A stretch of 64,000 nucleotides of DNA from positions 1,184,001-1,248,000 of the forward strand of contig CAWDML010000009.1 in NCBI GenBank assembly GCA_963803435.1, given 5' to 3'. Made by a program: the position numbers and the translations under genes. The number at the start of each line of letters is the position of its first letter. Position 1 is the first letter of the stretch. Positions 1-11,951 of the stretch are shown in pieces. Source of the stretch: an uncultured delta proteobacterium (GTDB lineage Bacteria; Myxococcota; Kuafuiibacteriia; Kuafuiibacteriales; Kuafuiibacteriaceae). A model generated the notes under the pieces. That model saw only the letters and a program-made list of their open reading frames with translations, made no database searches and was not told the DNA's origin.

Positions 1-947
1 ACGAGATGACCGATCTCCCCAAGGCGCTCCGCGAGCGGCTCACCGCCCGCGCGCATGTCAGCGCCCTCTCGATCGTGCGGGTCGAGCGCTCCCGCGACGG
101 CACCTGCAAGTACGCGTTCCGCACCGCCCGTGGCGACATCATCGAGTCGGTGTTCATCCCGGACGCTTCGGCGCCGGGCCGCAACACGCTCTGCATCTCC
201 TCTCAGGTCGGCTGCGCCATCGACTGCAAGTTCTGTCTGACGGCCTCCCTCGGGCTGATCCGCAACCTCAACGCCGGCGAGATCGCGGAGCAGGTGGCGC
301 GAGTGAAGGAGGATCTGAAGAGCGGGGAGGGCGGTCCCCGGATCTCCAACGTGGTGATGATGGGGATGGGCGAGCCGCTGCAGAACTACAACGCGGTGGT
401 CGGATCACTTCGCATCATGATGTCGGAGCGGGGCCATCAGCTCTCGCCGCGGCGGATCACGGTCAGCACGGCCGGCCTGGTGCCACGCATCCCGCGCCTC
501 GGGGAGGACGTGCCGGTCAACCTGGCCGTCAGCCTCAACGCCACCACCGACGAGGTTCGTGATCGGATCATGCCCATCAACAAGAAGTGGAACATCGAGG
601 CGCTCCTCGGGGCATGTCGTGCCTTCCCGTTGCCGAAGCGCCGGCGGATCACCTTCGAGTACGTCCTCCTTGCGGGGCTGAACGACACGGACGACGACGC
701 GCGACGCCTCGTGAAGCTGCTGCGACCTTTGCGATCGAAGGTGAACCTGATCCCGTTCAACGAGCATCCCTACAGCCCATTCGCGCGTCCCTCGGATGAG
801 CGGATCGCGCGCTTTCAAGAGATCGTGACCGCGGGCGGGTTGACCGCGATGGTCCGGACACCCCGCGGCGACGACATCAGCGCAGCGTGCGGCCAGCTCG
901 GAATTGAAGTAGAAGCGCCCCGATCCCAGCTCCGGATCGTGGCGTGA
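1..947 (+). CDS. rlmN: 23S rRNA m2A2503 / tRNA m2A37 radical-SAM methyltransferase, probably 5'-truncated by the window edge
   Basis: CISSQVGCAIDCKFC (CxxxCxxC), MGMGEP, ITVSTAG, FEYVLL, VNLIPFN and C-terminal DISAACGQL motifs. Confidence 0.96.
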   Translation, partial: EMTDLPKALRERLTARAHVSALSIVRVERSRDGTCKYAFRTARGDIIESVFIPDASAPGRNTLCISSQVGCAIDCKFCLTASLGLIRNLNAGEIAEQVARVKEDLKSGEGGPRISNVVMMGMGEPLQNYNAVVGSLRIMMSERGHQLSPRRITVSTAGLVPRIPRLGEDVPVNLAVSLNATTDEVRDRIMPINKKWNIEALLGACRAFPLPKRRRITFEYVLLAGLNDTDDDARRLVKLLRPLRSKVNLIPFNEHPYSPFARPSDERIARFQEIVTAGGLTAMVRTPRGDDISAACGQLGIEVEAPRSQLRIVA

Positions 948-950
948 CCC

Positions 951-1736
951 ATGAACAAAACCCAAACGATCGTCTCACTCTCTCTCCTCGCTCTGGCCAG
1001 CGGGTGCATCAGCAACGGCGAGCATGAGCGCCTCATGGCTGAGGCCAAGCAAGCCTGCGACGCCGAGATGGCGAAGATGCAGAGCGCGCACACCGGCGAG
1101 ATCGGCCAGCGCGACGCCCGCATCAAGAAGCTCGAGTCGGATCTCGACAAGCTCGGGATCGACATGAAGCAGGCGGAGACCCAGCTGTCGTCGCAGCTGG
1201 CCTCGACGCAGGCGCAGCTCGCGGAGCTGAAGAAGCAGCAGGAGCGGGCCGAGCGGGACGCCGAGGCGTTTCGCTCGCTCGCCGACAAGCTGAAGGCCAT
1301 GATCGACGCCGGGCAGCTCGAGGTCGTCATGCGAAAAGGGCGCATGACGCTGAAGCTGCCGGACGAGATCCTGTTCCCTCCCGGCAGCAAGCGTCTCAAG
1401 AAGGACGGCAAGGATGCGCTGCTCTCGGTGATCGAGGTCCTGAAGAGCGTCGAGGATCGCGACTTCTTGATCGCCGGCCACACCGACAACGTCCCGGTGA
1501 AGGGCGGCGGGTTCCACTCGAACTGGGATCTCTCGACCGCGCGCGCCGTCGAGGTCGTGAACCTGATGATCGAGAACGGGATGACGCCGGAGCGGCTGGC
1601 CGCGGCCGGCTACGGGGAGTTCGATCCGGTCGGCGACAATACGACGGACGAGGGTCGGGCGAAGAACCGGCGCCTCGAGATCATCCTGATGCCGAAGCTC
1701 GAAGACCTGCCGGGCGCCACCGCGGACGGCACCTGA
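951..1736 (+). CDS. OmpA/MotB-family peptidoglycan-binding lipoprotein with coiled-coil N-terminus
   Basis: Lipobox LASGC; coiled coil; ILFPPGS, IAGHTDN, NWDLSTARA, GYGEFDP and NRRLEI OmpA-C motifs. Confidence 0.9.
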   Translation: MNKTQTIVSLSLLALASGCISNGEHERLMAEAKQACDAEMAKMQSAHTGEIGQRDARIKKLESDLDKLGIDMKQAETQLSSQLASTQAQLAELKKQQERAERDAEAFRSLADKLKAMIDAGQLEVVMRKGRMTLKLPDEILFPPGSKRLKKDGKDALLSVIEVLKSVEDRDFLIAGHTDNVPVKGGGFHSNWDLSTARAVEVVNLMIENGMTPERLAAAGYGEFDPVGDNTTDEGRAKNRRLEIILMPKLEDLPGATADGT

Positions 1737-1751
1737 ACGCCGTCTCTGCGG

Positions 1752-2105
1752 TCACGGCTTGAAGCCGCACATCCGCCACTTGCTGACCCGATCCCGCTCC
1801 TCTGCGGTGGTGAGGATCGGCGGATTCAGACCCATCGGTGGCTCTCGCCCCGACGAGATCGCGTCCGCGAAGACCTCCAGGCTGGCCTGGGTCGACTCGA
1901 AGGTGTCGAAGTTCAGATCCGCGGGGGCGCCGGCCCGCGCGCTCCCAACGAGGCTCGAGGAGTGACATTGAATACACTTCTCCTCGACGATCGTCGGCCG
2001 GATGTCCCGGCTGAAGGTCGGCGCGTCCGTGCAGAAGTCGACGTTCGCACCGCCCCCACAACCGAGCACCGCAAGGAGGACGGCGATTGGGCCAGCGAGG
2101 CGCAT
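1752..2105 (-). CDS. Small lipoprotein with one c-type heme-binding motif
   Basis: Lipobox VLGC; PTFSRDIRP...CIQCH (CxxCH); C-terminal LTTAEERDRVSKW helix. Confidence 0.7.
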   Translation of the reverse strand: MRLAGPIAVLLAVLGCGGGANVDFCTDAPTFSRDIRPTIVEEKCIQCHSSSLVGSARAGAPADLNFDTFESTQASLEVFADAISSGREPPMGLNPPILTTAEERDRVSKWRMCGFKP

Positions 2106-2136
2106 CCCGCCCCAAGAATATCCGAATGAGGACGAT

Positions 2137-2165
2137 TTGACCCCTCGTCAGTCGGCTGTTAGCGT
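2137..2165 (+). promoter_or_regulatory. Putative sigma70-type promoter for the phosphatase gene
   Basis: TTGACC (2137-2142), 17-bp spacer, TAGCGT (2160-2165), 24 bp upstream of ATG 2190. Confidence 0.45.
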
Positions 2166-2189
2166 CCTCCAGGCCCCAGGTCCTATCAA

Positions 2190-3563
2190 ATGCGCGTCGA
2201 TTCATGGGCTCTGACGGACGTCGGTCGAGCCCGAAAGCACAACGAAGACGGTTGGCTGATCGATGATCAGCTCGGCCTGTATGCCGTTGCGGACGGTATG
2301 GGCGGCCACGCAGCCGGTGAGGTCGCCTCCGCCTACGGGCTCCGCTGCGTTCAGGAGCAGCTGGTCAAGAAGAAGGCGCTGCTCGAGGACTTCTCGCAGA
2401 GCCCGACGCCGGAGAAACGGGCCCAGATCCTGCGGGAGGTCGAGCTCGCCATCAACGTCGCGTCCAGCGCCATCTACCACATGGCACAGCGCGACAAGAA
2501 ACGGCACGGCATGGGGACCACCCTGTCGATGCTGTTACTCGTCGGGAACAAGGCCTTCATGGCCCACGTCGGCGACTCGCGCATCTACCTGGCACGCGCG
2601 ACCCAGATCCATCAGCTCTCGGAGGACCACTCGTATCTTTGGGAGCAGATCAAGAAGGGCGCCATCACGGTCGAGGAGGCGAAGCGATCACCGTTCTCCA
2701 ACGTGATCACGCGGGCCGTCGGCATCACCGAGACCGTCCAGGTCGACACGCTGGTGTTCGACATCCTGCCCGGCGACACTTATCTGTGCTGCTCCGATGG
2801 CCTGCACGGGTACATCGAGAGTGAGGCCGAGCTGGCGCAGATTCTCTCGGGCGAGGACGGTGAAGAGATCCCGCGCCGCCTGATCGGGCTCGCCAACGCC
2901 CGCGGCGGCAAGGACAACATCACCTGCGTCTGCCTGCGCGTCCCGGGGGACGCAGGCGATCCGTCGGCGGTCGACGTGATCGAGAAGCTCGACATCCTCC
3001 GCCGCATCCCGCTGTTCCGGCACCTCAACTACAAGGAGCTGGTCAAGGTCCTCAACCAGACGCAGCAGCGCACCTATCAGGAAGGCGAGATCGTCATCGA
3101 GGAGCAGTCGGACGGGGACGAGTTCTACGTGATCCTCTCCGGCGAGGTCGAGGTGACCAAGGGCGGCCGGCCGCTCACCGCGCTCGGTCCCGGCGTTCAC
3201 TTCGGTGAGATGGCGCTCGTCGATCGATCACCGCGCTCGGCGACCGTCAAAGCGCACGGCGAGACGCGGCTCATGTCGCTCTCTCGTAAGGCGTTCTACC
3301 AGCTCGTTCGCACGGAGGCGGTGTTGTCATCGAAGCTGCTCTGGAGCTTCGTGCAAGTGCTGTCCCATCGACTCCGCGCGACGAACGAGGCCCTGTCCGA
3401 CGCGCGCAGCGAGGCGTCCGCCCTCCCGCCCTTCGCCGAGCTCGACAGCCTGCGTCGCGAGGTCAGCCGGCTGGCTCGTCCCGAGGAAGAGATGAGCGAC
3501 GAGGGCAAGAAGCTCCACGGCCGTACGGAGGCGAGCGAGCCCACCGACGACATGACCAGGTGA
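2190..3563 (+). CDS. PP2C/PPM Ser/Thr phosphatase with C-terminal cyclic-nucleotide-binding domain
   Basis: TDVGRARKHNED, VADGMGGHAAGEVAS, GMGTT, HVGDSR, CSDGL, GGKDNIT; then FYVILSGEV...FGEMAL...RSATV cNMP-binding motifs. Confidence 0.93.
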   Translation: MRVDSWALTDVGRARKHNEDGWLIDDQLGLYAVADGMGGHAAGEVASAYGLRCVQEQLVKKKALLEDFSQSPTPEKRAQILREVELAINVASSAIYHMAQRDKKRHGMGTTLSMLLLVGNKAFMAHVGDSRIYLARATQIHQLSEDHSYLWEQIKKGAITVEEAKRSPFSNVITRAVGITETVQVDTLVFDILPGDTYLCCSDGLHGYIESEAELAQILSGEDGEEIPRRLIGLANARGGKDNITCVCLRVPGDAGDPSAVDVIEKLDILRRIPLFRHLNYKELVKVLNQTQQRTYQEGEIVIEEQSDGDEFYVILSGEVEVTKGGRPLTALGPGVHFGEMALVDRSPRSATVKAHGETRLMSLSRKAFYQLVRTEAVLSSKLLWSFVQVLSHRLRATNEALSDARSEASALPPFAELDSLRREVSRLARPEEEMSDEGKKLHGRTEASEPTDDMTR

Positions 3564-3634
3564 GTTTCGGTGCGACGTTGACCGCGTGAGTACGCCGTCC
3601 CCGCCTCTACGTCGGGCGCAGCACAAAGCGTAGT

Positions 3635-4543
3635 ATGAAGGGCGTCATGGAGTTCTCGGAGATGGCCGGACAGGACGAGGAGACCCGTGTCTCTTCCGTC
3701 TCCCGGATCATCGACAAGGCGATCTCCACCGAATCCTGTCTGGTCACCATCTACGGGCGCGAGCTGGGCCGGCAGTACAAGCTGGAGGCGGAGACCTCGA
3801 TCGGACGGGGTGCCGAGAACACGATCGTCCTCGACATGGACAACGTGTCCCGCCAGCACGCCCGGGTGCTGAGCAAGAAGGACGGGTTCTACATCGAGGA
3901 CCTGAACTCGACCAACGGCAGCTACGTCAACGACATCGAGATCAAGTACGAGCGGCTGCGGAACGGCGATCTGCTCAAGATCGGCGGGGCCATCCTCAAG
4001 TTCCTCCAGGGGGGAACATCGAGTCTCTCTTCCATGAAGAGATCTACCGGATGACCATCGTGGACGGCCTCACCCAGATCCACAACAAGCGGTACTTCCT
4101 CGAGTTCATCGACCGTGAGATGGCCCGCTGCGCCCGGTACGAGCGGCCGCTGTCGCTGCTGCTCTTCGACATCGACCACTTCAAGAAGATCAACGACGTG
4201 CACGGCCACCTGGCCGGCGATTTCATCCTCAAACGGCTCGCCGAGATGGTCTCCAAGCACATCCGCAAGGAGGAGGCCTTCGCCCGCTACGGCGGCGAGG
4301 AGTTTGCGATCCTGATGCCGGAGACCAACGGCGAGCGGGCCCGCATCTTCGGCGAGAAGATTCCGCCGAATGGTCGAATCGACCGCGTTCGAGTACGAGG
4401 ATCGGGAGATCGAAGTGACGGTCTCCATCGGGATCTCCGAGATGGGCAAGCATCGGGATCCGACCTCGTTCATCAAGGCGGCCGATGAGAACCTCTACAA
4501 GGCCAAGGGCGGCGGGCGAAACCTCGTCATCGGTGGCGAGTAG
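3635..4543 (+). CDS. FHA-domain diguanylate cyclase (GGDEF) broken by two single-base indels, probably sequencing errors
   Basis: FHA motifs IGR, VSRQHA, DLNSTNG; one G short in the G6 run near 4010 (restores [22 protein letters not shown]); [14 protein letters not shown] and RYGGEEF; removing one T at 4361 gives KIRRMVE...VTVSIGI...[14 protein letters not shown] with stop at 4541-4543. Confidence 0.88.
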
Positions 4544-4568
4544 TCGAACCTGGTGATATCGCGGTCCT

Positions 4569-5624
4569 GTGGATCGCTACGTCGTCATCATGGCGGGCGG
4601 GTCGGGGACCCGGTTCTGGCCCAAGTCCCGCCGCCGGCACCCGAAGCAATTCCTGGAGATCGGCGGCCTCGACTCGCTGATCGCGCAGACAGCCGAGCGG
4701 GTGGCGTCGGTGGTCGGGTGGGACAAGCTCGTCGTCGTCACCGGCCAGGACCACGCGGAGCACGCGCTCACCGAGCTGCCCGGGCTCATGGAGCACAACC
4801 TGCTGGTGGAGCCGGCCGCGCGGAACACGGCGCCCTGCATCGGGTGGGCGAACAGCGTCATCCGAAAGCGCTCGCCCGACGCGCGGATCGCCGTGCTGCC
4901 GGCGGATCATTTCATCGGTGACGTCGCGGGATTTCGGGCCTTTCTCGACGCCGCCTTCGCAGCGGCGAACGATCGCATCGTGATGTTCGGGATCGTGCCG
5001 ACGCACCCCGAGACCGGCTACGGCTACATCGAGCGAGGCGATCTGATCGGTGAGGGCAAGACGATGCCCATCTACGCGGTGAAACGGTTCGTCGAGAAGC
5101 CGGTGCAGGAGGTGGCGGAGAGCTACTTCGACTCCGGTCGATTCCTGTGGAACAGCGGGATGTTCGTGTTCCCCGCCCAGGTGATGCATCAGGAGATCGA
5201 GATCCACCTCCCCGAGCTCCAGTTCGGCCTCGAGGAGCTGGAGAGCGCACCCCAGGAGATCGATCGCATCTATCGGAGCCTGCCCGCGATCAGCATCGAC
5301 TACGCGATCATGGAGAAGAGCGACCGGATCGCGGTCATGCCGGCCTCCTTCGCCTGGTCCGACGTCGGCTCGTGGGACGCGGCCACCGAGGTTTACGTGC
5401 CCGACGAGCTCGACAACGTGGTCGTCGGTCAGGCGGTCCTCCACGAGGTGCAACGCGCGTTCATCGACTCGAGCGCCGGCCGGATCGTGGCGGTGGTCGG
5501 CCTCCAGGACGTCATCGTGGTCGATACGCCGGATGCTGTCCTGGTAGTCAAGCGGGGGCGATCGCAGGAGGTGAAGGCGATCGTGCAGGCGCTGGAGAAG
5601 ATCGGCCGGGACGACCTCCTGTAG
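4569..5624 (+). CDS. manC: Mannose-1-phosphate guanylyltransferase
   Basis: VIMAGGSGTRFWPKSR, PKQF, EPAARNTAP, PADH, ETGYGYI, FVEKP, WNSGMF, ISIDYAIMEK, WSDVGSW. Confidence 0.95.
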   Translation: MDRYVVIMAGGSGTRFWPKSRRRHPKQFLEIGGLDSLIAQTAERVASVVGWDKLVVVTGQDHAEHALTELPGLMEHNLLVEPAARNTAPCIGWANSVIRKRSPDARIAVLPADHFIGDVAGFRAFLDAAFAAANDRIVMFGIVPTHPETGYGYIERGDLIGEGKTMPIYAVKRFVEKPVQEVAESYFDSGRFLWNSGMFVFPAQVMHQEIEIHLPELQFGLEELESAPQEIDRIYRSLPAISIDYAIMEKSDRIAVMPASFAWSDVGSWDAATEVYVPDELDNVVVGQAVLHEVQRAFIDSSAGRIVAVVGLQDVIVVDTPDAVLVVKRGRSQEVKAIVQALEKIGRDDLL

Positions 5625-5689
5625 CCTGCCGGGTAGGTCGAAGAGCCACAGTCGTAGTACCGGGTGTCTTGGCGACCCGCCGGATCGAC

Positions 5690-6058
5690 ATGAACGACCC
5701 GGATCTGCTTCCGACGGAGCGGATCGACGTGGACGACACGCTGGTGGAGGACGGGGACTGGGGCGAGGACACCGAGGTCGGGATCGTGCCCGCGCCGCCG
5801 CCCCGCTCGATCCTCGCTCGGCTCGCCCGGGCGGGCGTGCGGTCGCGGAGCTCCGCGGAGCGAGCGAGCGAAGGCCCCAACCGACGCTGGGACTCCGAGA
5901 GCGCCGCCCGCTTCGATGAGGCGCTCGACCGGCTCGAGGCCGGCGATTTGGACGGCGCGCTCCAGGTCTTCACCACGCTGCTCGAACAGCGTCCCTCATC
6001 CACCCGGCTCTGGATCTACGTGCGCGCCATCTCGTCCGCCCAGGCCGTCGGCGGGTGA
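5690..6058 (+). CDS. Hypothetical protein with a C-terminal TPR-like helical pair
   Basis: ATG 5690 inside ORF 5147-6058; acidic N-terminus; FDEALDRLEAGDLDGALQVFTTLLEQRP. Confidence 0.55.
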   Translation: MNDPDLLPTERIDVDDTLVEDGDWGEDTEVGIVPAPPPRSILARLARAGVRSRSSAERASEGPNRRWDSESAARFDEALDRLEAGDLDGALQVFTTLLEQRPSSTRLWIYVRAISSAQAVGG

Positions 6059-6061
6059 CGC

Positions 6062-7450
6062 TCAGGGCTTCGGGTCGAAGAGCCCGACGGCGTACTGGAG
6101 CTCGAGCACGCTCACGGCGCGCTCCATGTTCGAGTGGATGAGCGCCACCTCGGCGTCGAGGACGTGATCGTTCGCGTCGTTGAGCTCGACCGAGCGGACG
6201 GCGCCGACCTCGTACTGCGCCTTCGTGAGATCCAGGGTCTGCTCCGCCAGGTTGAGCGCCTCCTGGGCGCGGGAGACGTTGAGGTCCGCACCTTCGAGCG
6301 CGAGCAGCGCGCGCTCGACGTCGTTCGCGATCCGATCGTCCACCGTGCGGCGGGTGATCAGCGCGGTCGCGATGTGGGCGTCGGCCGCCTCCAGATCGGC
6401 GTAACGGAGGCCGTCGTAGAGATCGATGGTGGCCGCGACGCCGAACGACCACTGCGAGTTCTGTCCCGACAGGCCGCGCACGTTGGAGTAGCGGTATCCG
6501 CCGAACACGCCCAGCACCGGCGCAAAGCGCCACCAGACCTCGTCCTTGGCCCGCTCCGCGATCACGACGCTCTTGTCGGCAGCCGAGAGGTCCTTGCGAA
6601 GCCGGCGCGCCTCGACGAGGAGCTCGTCGCGGCTGCCTGGGGGCGGCACGGGGAGCGGCGGATCCGTGATCTCGGGGTGGTCGTCGGAGCGGGTCAGCGA
6701 CCAGAGCGCGAGCAGGGCTTGGGCGTGGGCGTTCCGGGCGCGGGCCAGATCGAGCGCGGCCTGGCGGGCGGCGATCTCGGCGGTGGTCACCACGGTGGAG
6801 GCGCGCTCGCCCAGCTCGGCGCGGGCGCGGACCAGCCCGAGCTGCTCGATCGTGCGGGCCCTGGCTCGATCCGCGGCGGCGATGGCGCCTCGGGTCGCGG
6901 AGGCCGCATAGAAGGCGCGGGCGACCCCGAGCAGGAGCTGCTGGCGCTGGGCGTCGGTGCGGTCGCGCTCGACGTCGACGCTGGCGTACGCGTTCGCGAT
7001 CGTGGGGAGCGCGCGGCCGTTGATCGGGTTCCAGATGACGCGTCCCGAGATCAGGTGCGTGTCGCCCTCGGCGAGGTCGAGCGTGACCGGGTTCTCGAGC
7101 GACGCCTGCAGCGCCATGATGCACGCGACCGGATCGCCGCCCTGGCGGCAGCTGTTCTGGACGTCGTCGCTGGTGAGATCGGGGAAGGTGATCGGCGCGG
7201 GCGCGGGCGCAAGGACGGTGAACGTGTAGCTGCCGGTCAGCTGCGGCTGAAGGATCGCCCAAGCGCGATCCACGTTCGTCTCAGCTTCGGCGATCCGCTG
7301 CCCGAGCAGCTCGAACTCCGGCGAGCGTGCGAGTGCCCGCCGGTAGGCCTCTTCGAGGGACAACGAGGGCGCCCCTGCGGCCGAGCGCGCGGGGAGCGAG
7401 AGAAGGAGGAGCGCGAGCACCCGCCCTCGGTCGGTCGTACGATGGGGCAC
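6062..7450 (-). CDS. TolC/OEP-family outer membrane efflux protein
   Basis: Signal peptide, LSLEEAYRRALARSP, VARAFY, two OEP-like halves, C-terminal YEVGAVRSVELNDA...LQYAVG. Confidence 0.88.
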   Translation of the reverse strand: MPHRTTDRGRVLALLLLSLPARSAAGAPSLSLEEAYRRALARSPEFELLGQRIAEAETNVDRAWAILQPQLTGSYTFTVLAPAPAPITFPDLTSDDVQNSCRQGGDPVACIMALQASLENPVTLDLAEGDTHLISGRVIWNPINGRALPTIANAYASVDVERDRTDAQRQQLLLGVARAFYAASATRGAIAAADRARARTIEQLGLVRARAELGERASTVVTTAEIAARQAALDLARARNAHAQALLALWSLTRSDDHPEITDPPLPVPPPGSRDELLVEARRLRKDLSAADKSVVIAERAKDEVWWRFAPVLGVFGGYRYSNVRGLSGQNSQWSFGVAATIDLYDGLRYADLEAADAHIATALITRRTVDDRIANDVERALLALEGADLNVSRAQEALNLAEQTLDLTKAQYEVGAVRSVELNDANDHVLDAEVALIHSNMERAVSVLELQYAVGLFDPKP

Positions 7451-7479
7451 GACCTCCGACTCTCTCCGCGGACGGCGCT

Positions 7480-7758
7480 GAACGCAAATTCCTGGATCAC
7501 CGAAAAGCTGAATGAAATCGGTATATTACGAGGGTATACCGCGGGGGCGGCGGAACATATCCGCTCTCGGATCGTGAGTCAACCCTCTGCTTGTGATTCT
7601 CTTTACAGCACCGACGCGTCGTGTTACCGTTCGCGCGCTTTCGGGAGACCTGGGCTTTGCAAGTTCTACTCTCGAAATACAGCGCAACAACGCGAATCAA
7701 CACTATTTTCGGGTTTTTCCAAAAGAGCGTATGGCCCACCGCTCCCGTGGAGGAGTGA
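7480..7758. promoter_or_regulatory. AT-enriched divergent intergenic region between the TolC-like gene and cdnL
   Basis: Visibly lower GC than flanks (for example CACTATTTTCGGGTTTTTCCAAAAG); RBS GGAGGAG before ATG 7759. Confidence 0.5.
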
Positions 7759-8244
7759 ATGCAAGAGTTGCCATTCCAGATTGGGGACAAGGCCGTTTAT
7801 CCGGCGCACGGCGTCGCCGAGGTGACCGGCATCGAGAAGCACCAAGTCGGGGGTGATGAACAGATGTTCTATATCCTCCGAATTCTCGACAACGGCGTGA
7901 AAGTGATGATCCCGACCGGAGCGAACGGGCTCCGGGAGATCATGAGCACCGAGGAGGTCGACGAAGTTTTCGAGGTCCTCAAAGAGAAAGAGATCTCGGT
8001 CGAGAGCACCACCTGGAACCGGCGATATCGCGAATACAAGGACAAGATCGATTCAGGCGATCCCAAGCAGATCGCAGAGGTCCTTCGCGATCTTTATCTT
8101 CTTAAGAACGACAAGGATCTCTCGTTTGGCGAGCGCAAGATGCTCGACACGGCGAAAGCGCTCCTGGTGAAGGAGCTCTCGATCGCCCGAGAGATGGATG
8201 AGGACGACGTCGAGGCGGAGTTCACGCAAATCTTCCACGCGTAG
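7759..8244 (+). CDS. cdnL: CarD/CdnL-family RNA polymerase-binding factor
   Basis: FQIGDKAVYPAHGVAEV, GLREIMS, WNRRYREY, IAEVLRDL, LSFGERKMLDTA; 161 aa without an HMGA tail. Confidence 0.92.
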   Translation: MQELPFQIGDKAVYPAHGVAEVTGIEKHQVGGDEQMFYILRILDNGVKVMIPTGANGLREIMSTEEVDEVFEVLKEKEISVESTTWNRRYREYKDKIDSGDPKQIAEVLRDLYLLKNDKDLSFGERKMLDTAKALLVKELSIAREMDEDDVEAEFTQIFHA

Positions 8245-8256
8245 CCTCCGAAGAAG

Positions 8257-8300
8257 ACGCGGGCGATCCGATGAAAGGGGTCGCTCGCGTTTTTTCTTTT
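8257..8300 (+). terminator. Intrinsic terminator after cdnL
   Basis: Stem ACGCGGGCGATCC / GGGTCGCTCGCGT followed by TTTTTCTTTT. Confidence 0.8.
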
Positions 8301-8319
8301 CGCTAGCATCGGCCTTTCC

Positions 8320-9867
8320 ATGGGCCTCCGCATCTACGACACCAAGACGCGCGACAAGGTCGAGTTCGAGCCGCTCGCGCCCGGCCAGGCCCGCATGTAC
8401 GTCTGCGGCATCACCCCGTACGCGCCGTCCCACGTGGGCCATGCACGCAGCGCGGTCGCGTTCGACGTGGTCTATCGCTGGCTCAAGCGGACGTACGCGG
8501 TCACCTTCGTCCGCAACGTCACCGACGTGGAGGACAAGCTGATCCGGGCCGCCGCCGCCGACGGCACGACCTGCGAGGCGGTCGCCGAGCGCTACTTCGC
8601 GCAGTATCAGGCCGACCTTCGGGAGCTGAACTGCGTCGACCCCGATCTGGAGCCGCGCGTCACGCAGCACATCGGCGAGGTCGTCGACATCGTGCGGCGG
8701 CTGGTGGAGCACGGGGTGGCCTATCCGGTCGACGGCGACGTTTACTACGACGTCACCAAGTTCCCCGCCTACGGCGGGCTCTCGGGCCGCACGCTGGCGG
8801 ACCTGGAGGCGGGAGCGCGCGTGGAGGTCGACGCGAGAAAGCGGAACCCCTGGGACTTCGTGCTGTGGAAGGGCTCGAAGCCCGGCGAGCCGTCGTGGGA
8901 CTCGCCCTGGGGCAAGGGCCGGCCCGGCTGGCACATCGAGTGCTCGGCGATGGCCGAGAAGTACCTCGGCAAGACGTTCGACATCCACGGCGGCGGGCGG
9001 GACCTCATCTTCCCGCACCACGAGAACGAGATCGCCCAGTCGTGCGCCGCCAACGACGTGGCCGTGTACGCCAACATCTGGATGCACAACGGGTTCATCA
9101 ACCTGATGCCGGAGGCCTGCCCGAGCTGCAAGAAGCCGATCGAGACCGAAGTCACGCGGTGCCCGCACTGCGGCCACGCGTTCACCGACGAAGAGCTCAA
9201 GATGGCGAAATCGAAGGGCAACGTCTTCTCGGTGCGCGAGATCCTGAGCCGCCACGAGGGCGAGGCGCTCCGGCTCTTGTTCCTCAACTCGCACTACCGG
9301 AAGGACATCGCGTTCTCGGAGGGCCTGCTCGAGGAGGCCGAGAAGCGCCTCGACAAGAACTACGAGACGCTCCAGGCCATCGACGCATTCACGGGGGAGC
9401 AGACCTTCGTGCCGGGCAAGAGCTTTGCGGCGGTGTTCGGGTTCGACCCGCGGCAGCGCTTCCGGGAGGCGATGGACGACGACTTCAACAGCGCGCGGGC
9501 GCTGGCGGAGGTGGCCGAGGTCTTCCGGATCGCGAACGAGCTGATCCACGGCCAGGAGAAGACGCCGATATCCCCGGAGGACACCAGCCGGCTCCTCTAC
9601 GAGGTCCGCGAGCTGGTGCGGGAGGCCGGGGCGATCCTCGGGATCTGGGAGAACGATCCCAAGGCGTATCTGGGCCGCCGCAAGATGGCGCGCTCGCGCT
9701 CGCTCTCGCTGACGCCGGCGCAGATCGAGGGGCTGATCCAGGAGCGCAACCAGGCGCGCCGGAGCAAGGACTTCAAGCGGGCCGACGAGATCCGCAACGA
9801 CCTCAAGACCAAGGGGATCGTGTTGATGGACAAAAAGGAAGGCACGACCTGGTCGGTCGAAGAGTGA
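8320..9867 (+). CDS. cysS: Cysteinyl-tRNA synthetase with a zinc-ribbon insertion
   Basis: [69 protein letters not shown]-like and ADEIRNDL C-terminus. Confidence 0.97.
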   Translation: MGLRIYDTKTRDKVEFEPLAPGQARMYVCGITPYAPSHVGHARSAVAFDVVYRWLKRTYAVTFVRNVTDVEDKLIRAAAADGTTCEAVAERYFAQYQADLRELNCVDPDLEPRVTQHIGEVVDIVRRLVEHGVAYPVDGDVYYDVTKFPAYGGLSGRTLADLEAGARVEVDARKRNPWDFVLWKGSKPGEPSWDSPWGKGRPGWHIECSAMAEKYLGKTFDIHGGGRDLIFPHHENEIAQSCAANDVAVYANIWMHNGFINLMPEACPSCKKPIETEVTRCPHCGHAFTDEELKMAKSKGNVFSVREILSRHEGEALRLLFLNSHYRKDIAFSEGLLEEAEKRLDKNYETLQAIDAFTGEQTFVPGKSFAAVFGFDPRQRFREAMDDDFNSARALAEVAEVFRIANELIHGQEKTPISPEDTSRLLYEVRELVREAGAILGIWENDPKAYLGRRKMARSRSLSLTPAQIEGLIQERNQARRSKDFKRADEIRNDLKTKGIVLMDKKEGTTWSVEE

Positions 9868-9871
9868 CGCC

Positions 9872-11935
<2,064 letters not shown>

Positions 11936-11951
11936 TAGACTCGAAGCAACG

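Noticed and set aside
4005-4020. Programmed frameshift or phase variation at the G6 run in the cyclase gene
   Set aside because: The run is short, the same gene has a second unrelated indel, and the window has many such errors.
7480-7758. tRNA or structured ncRNA in the AT-rich gap
   Set aside because: No cloverleaf or recognisable riboswitch pattern found by eye; consistent with divergent promoters.
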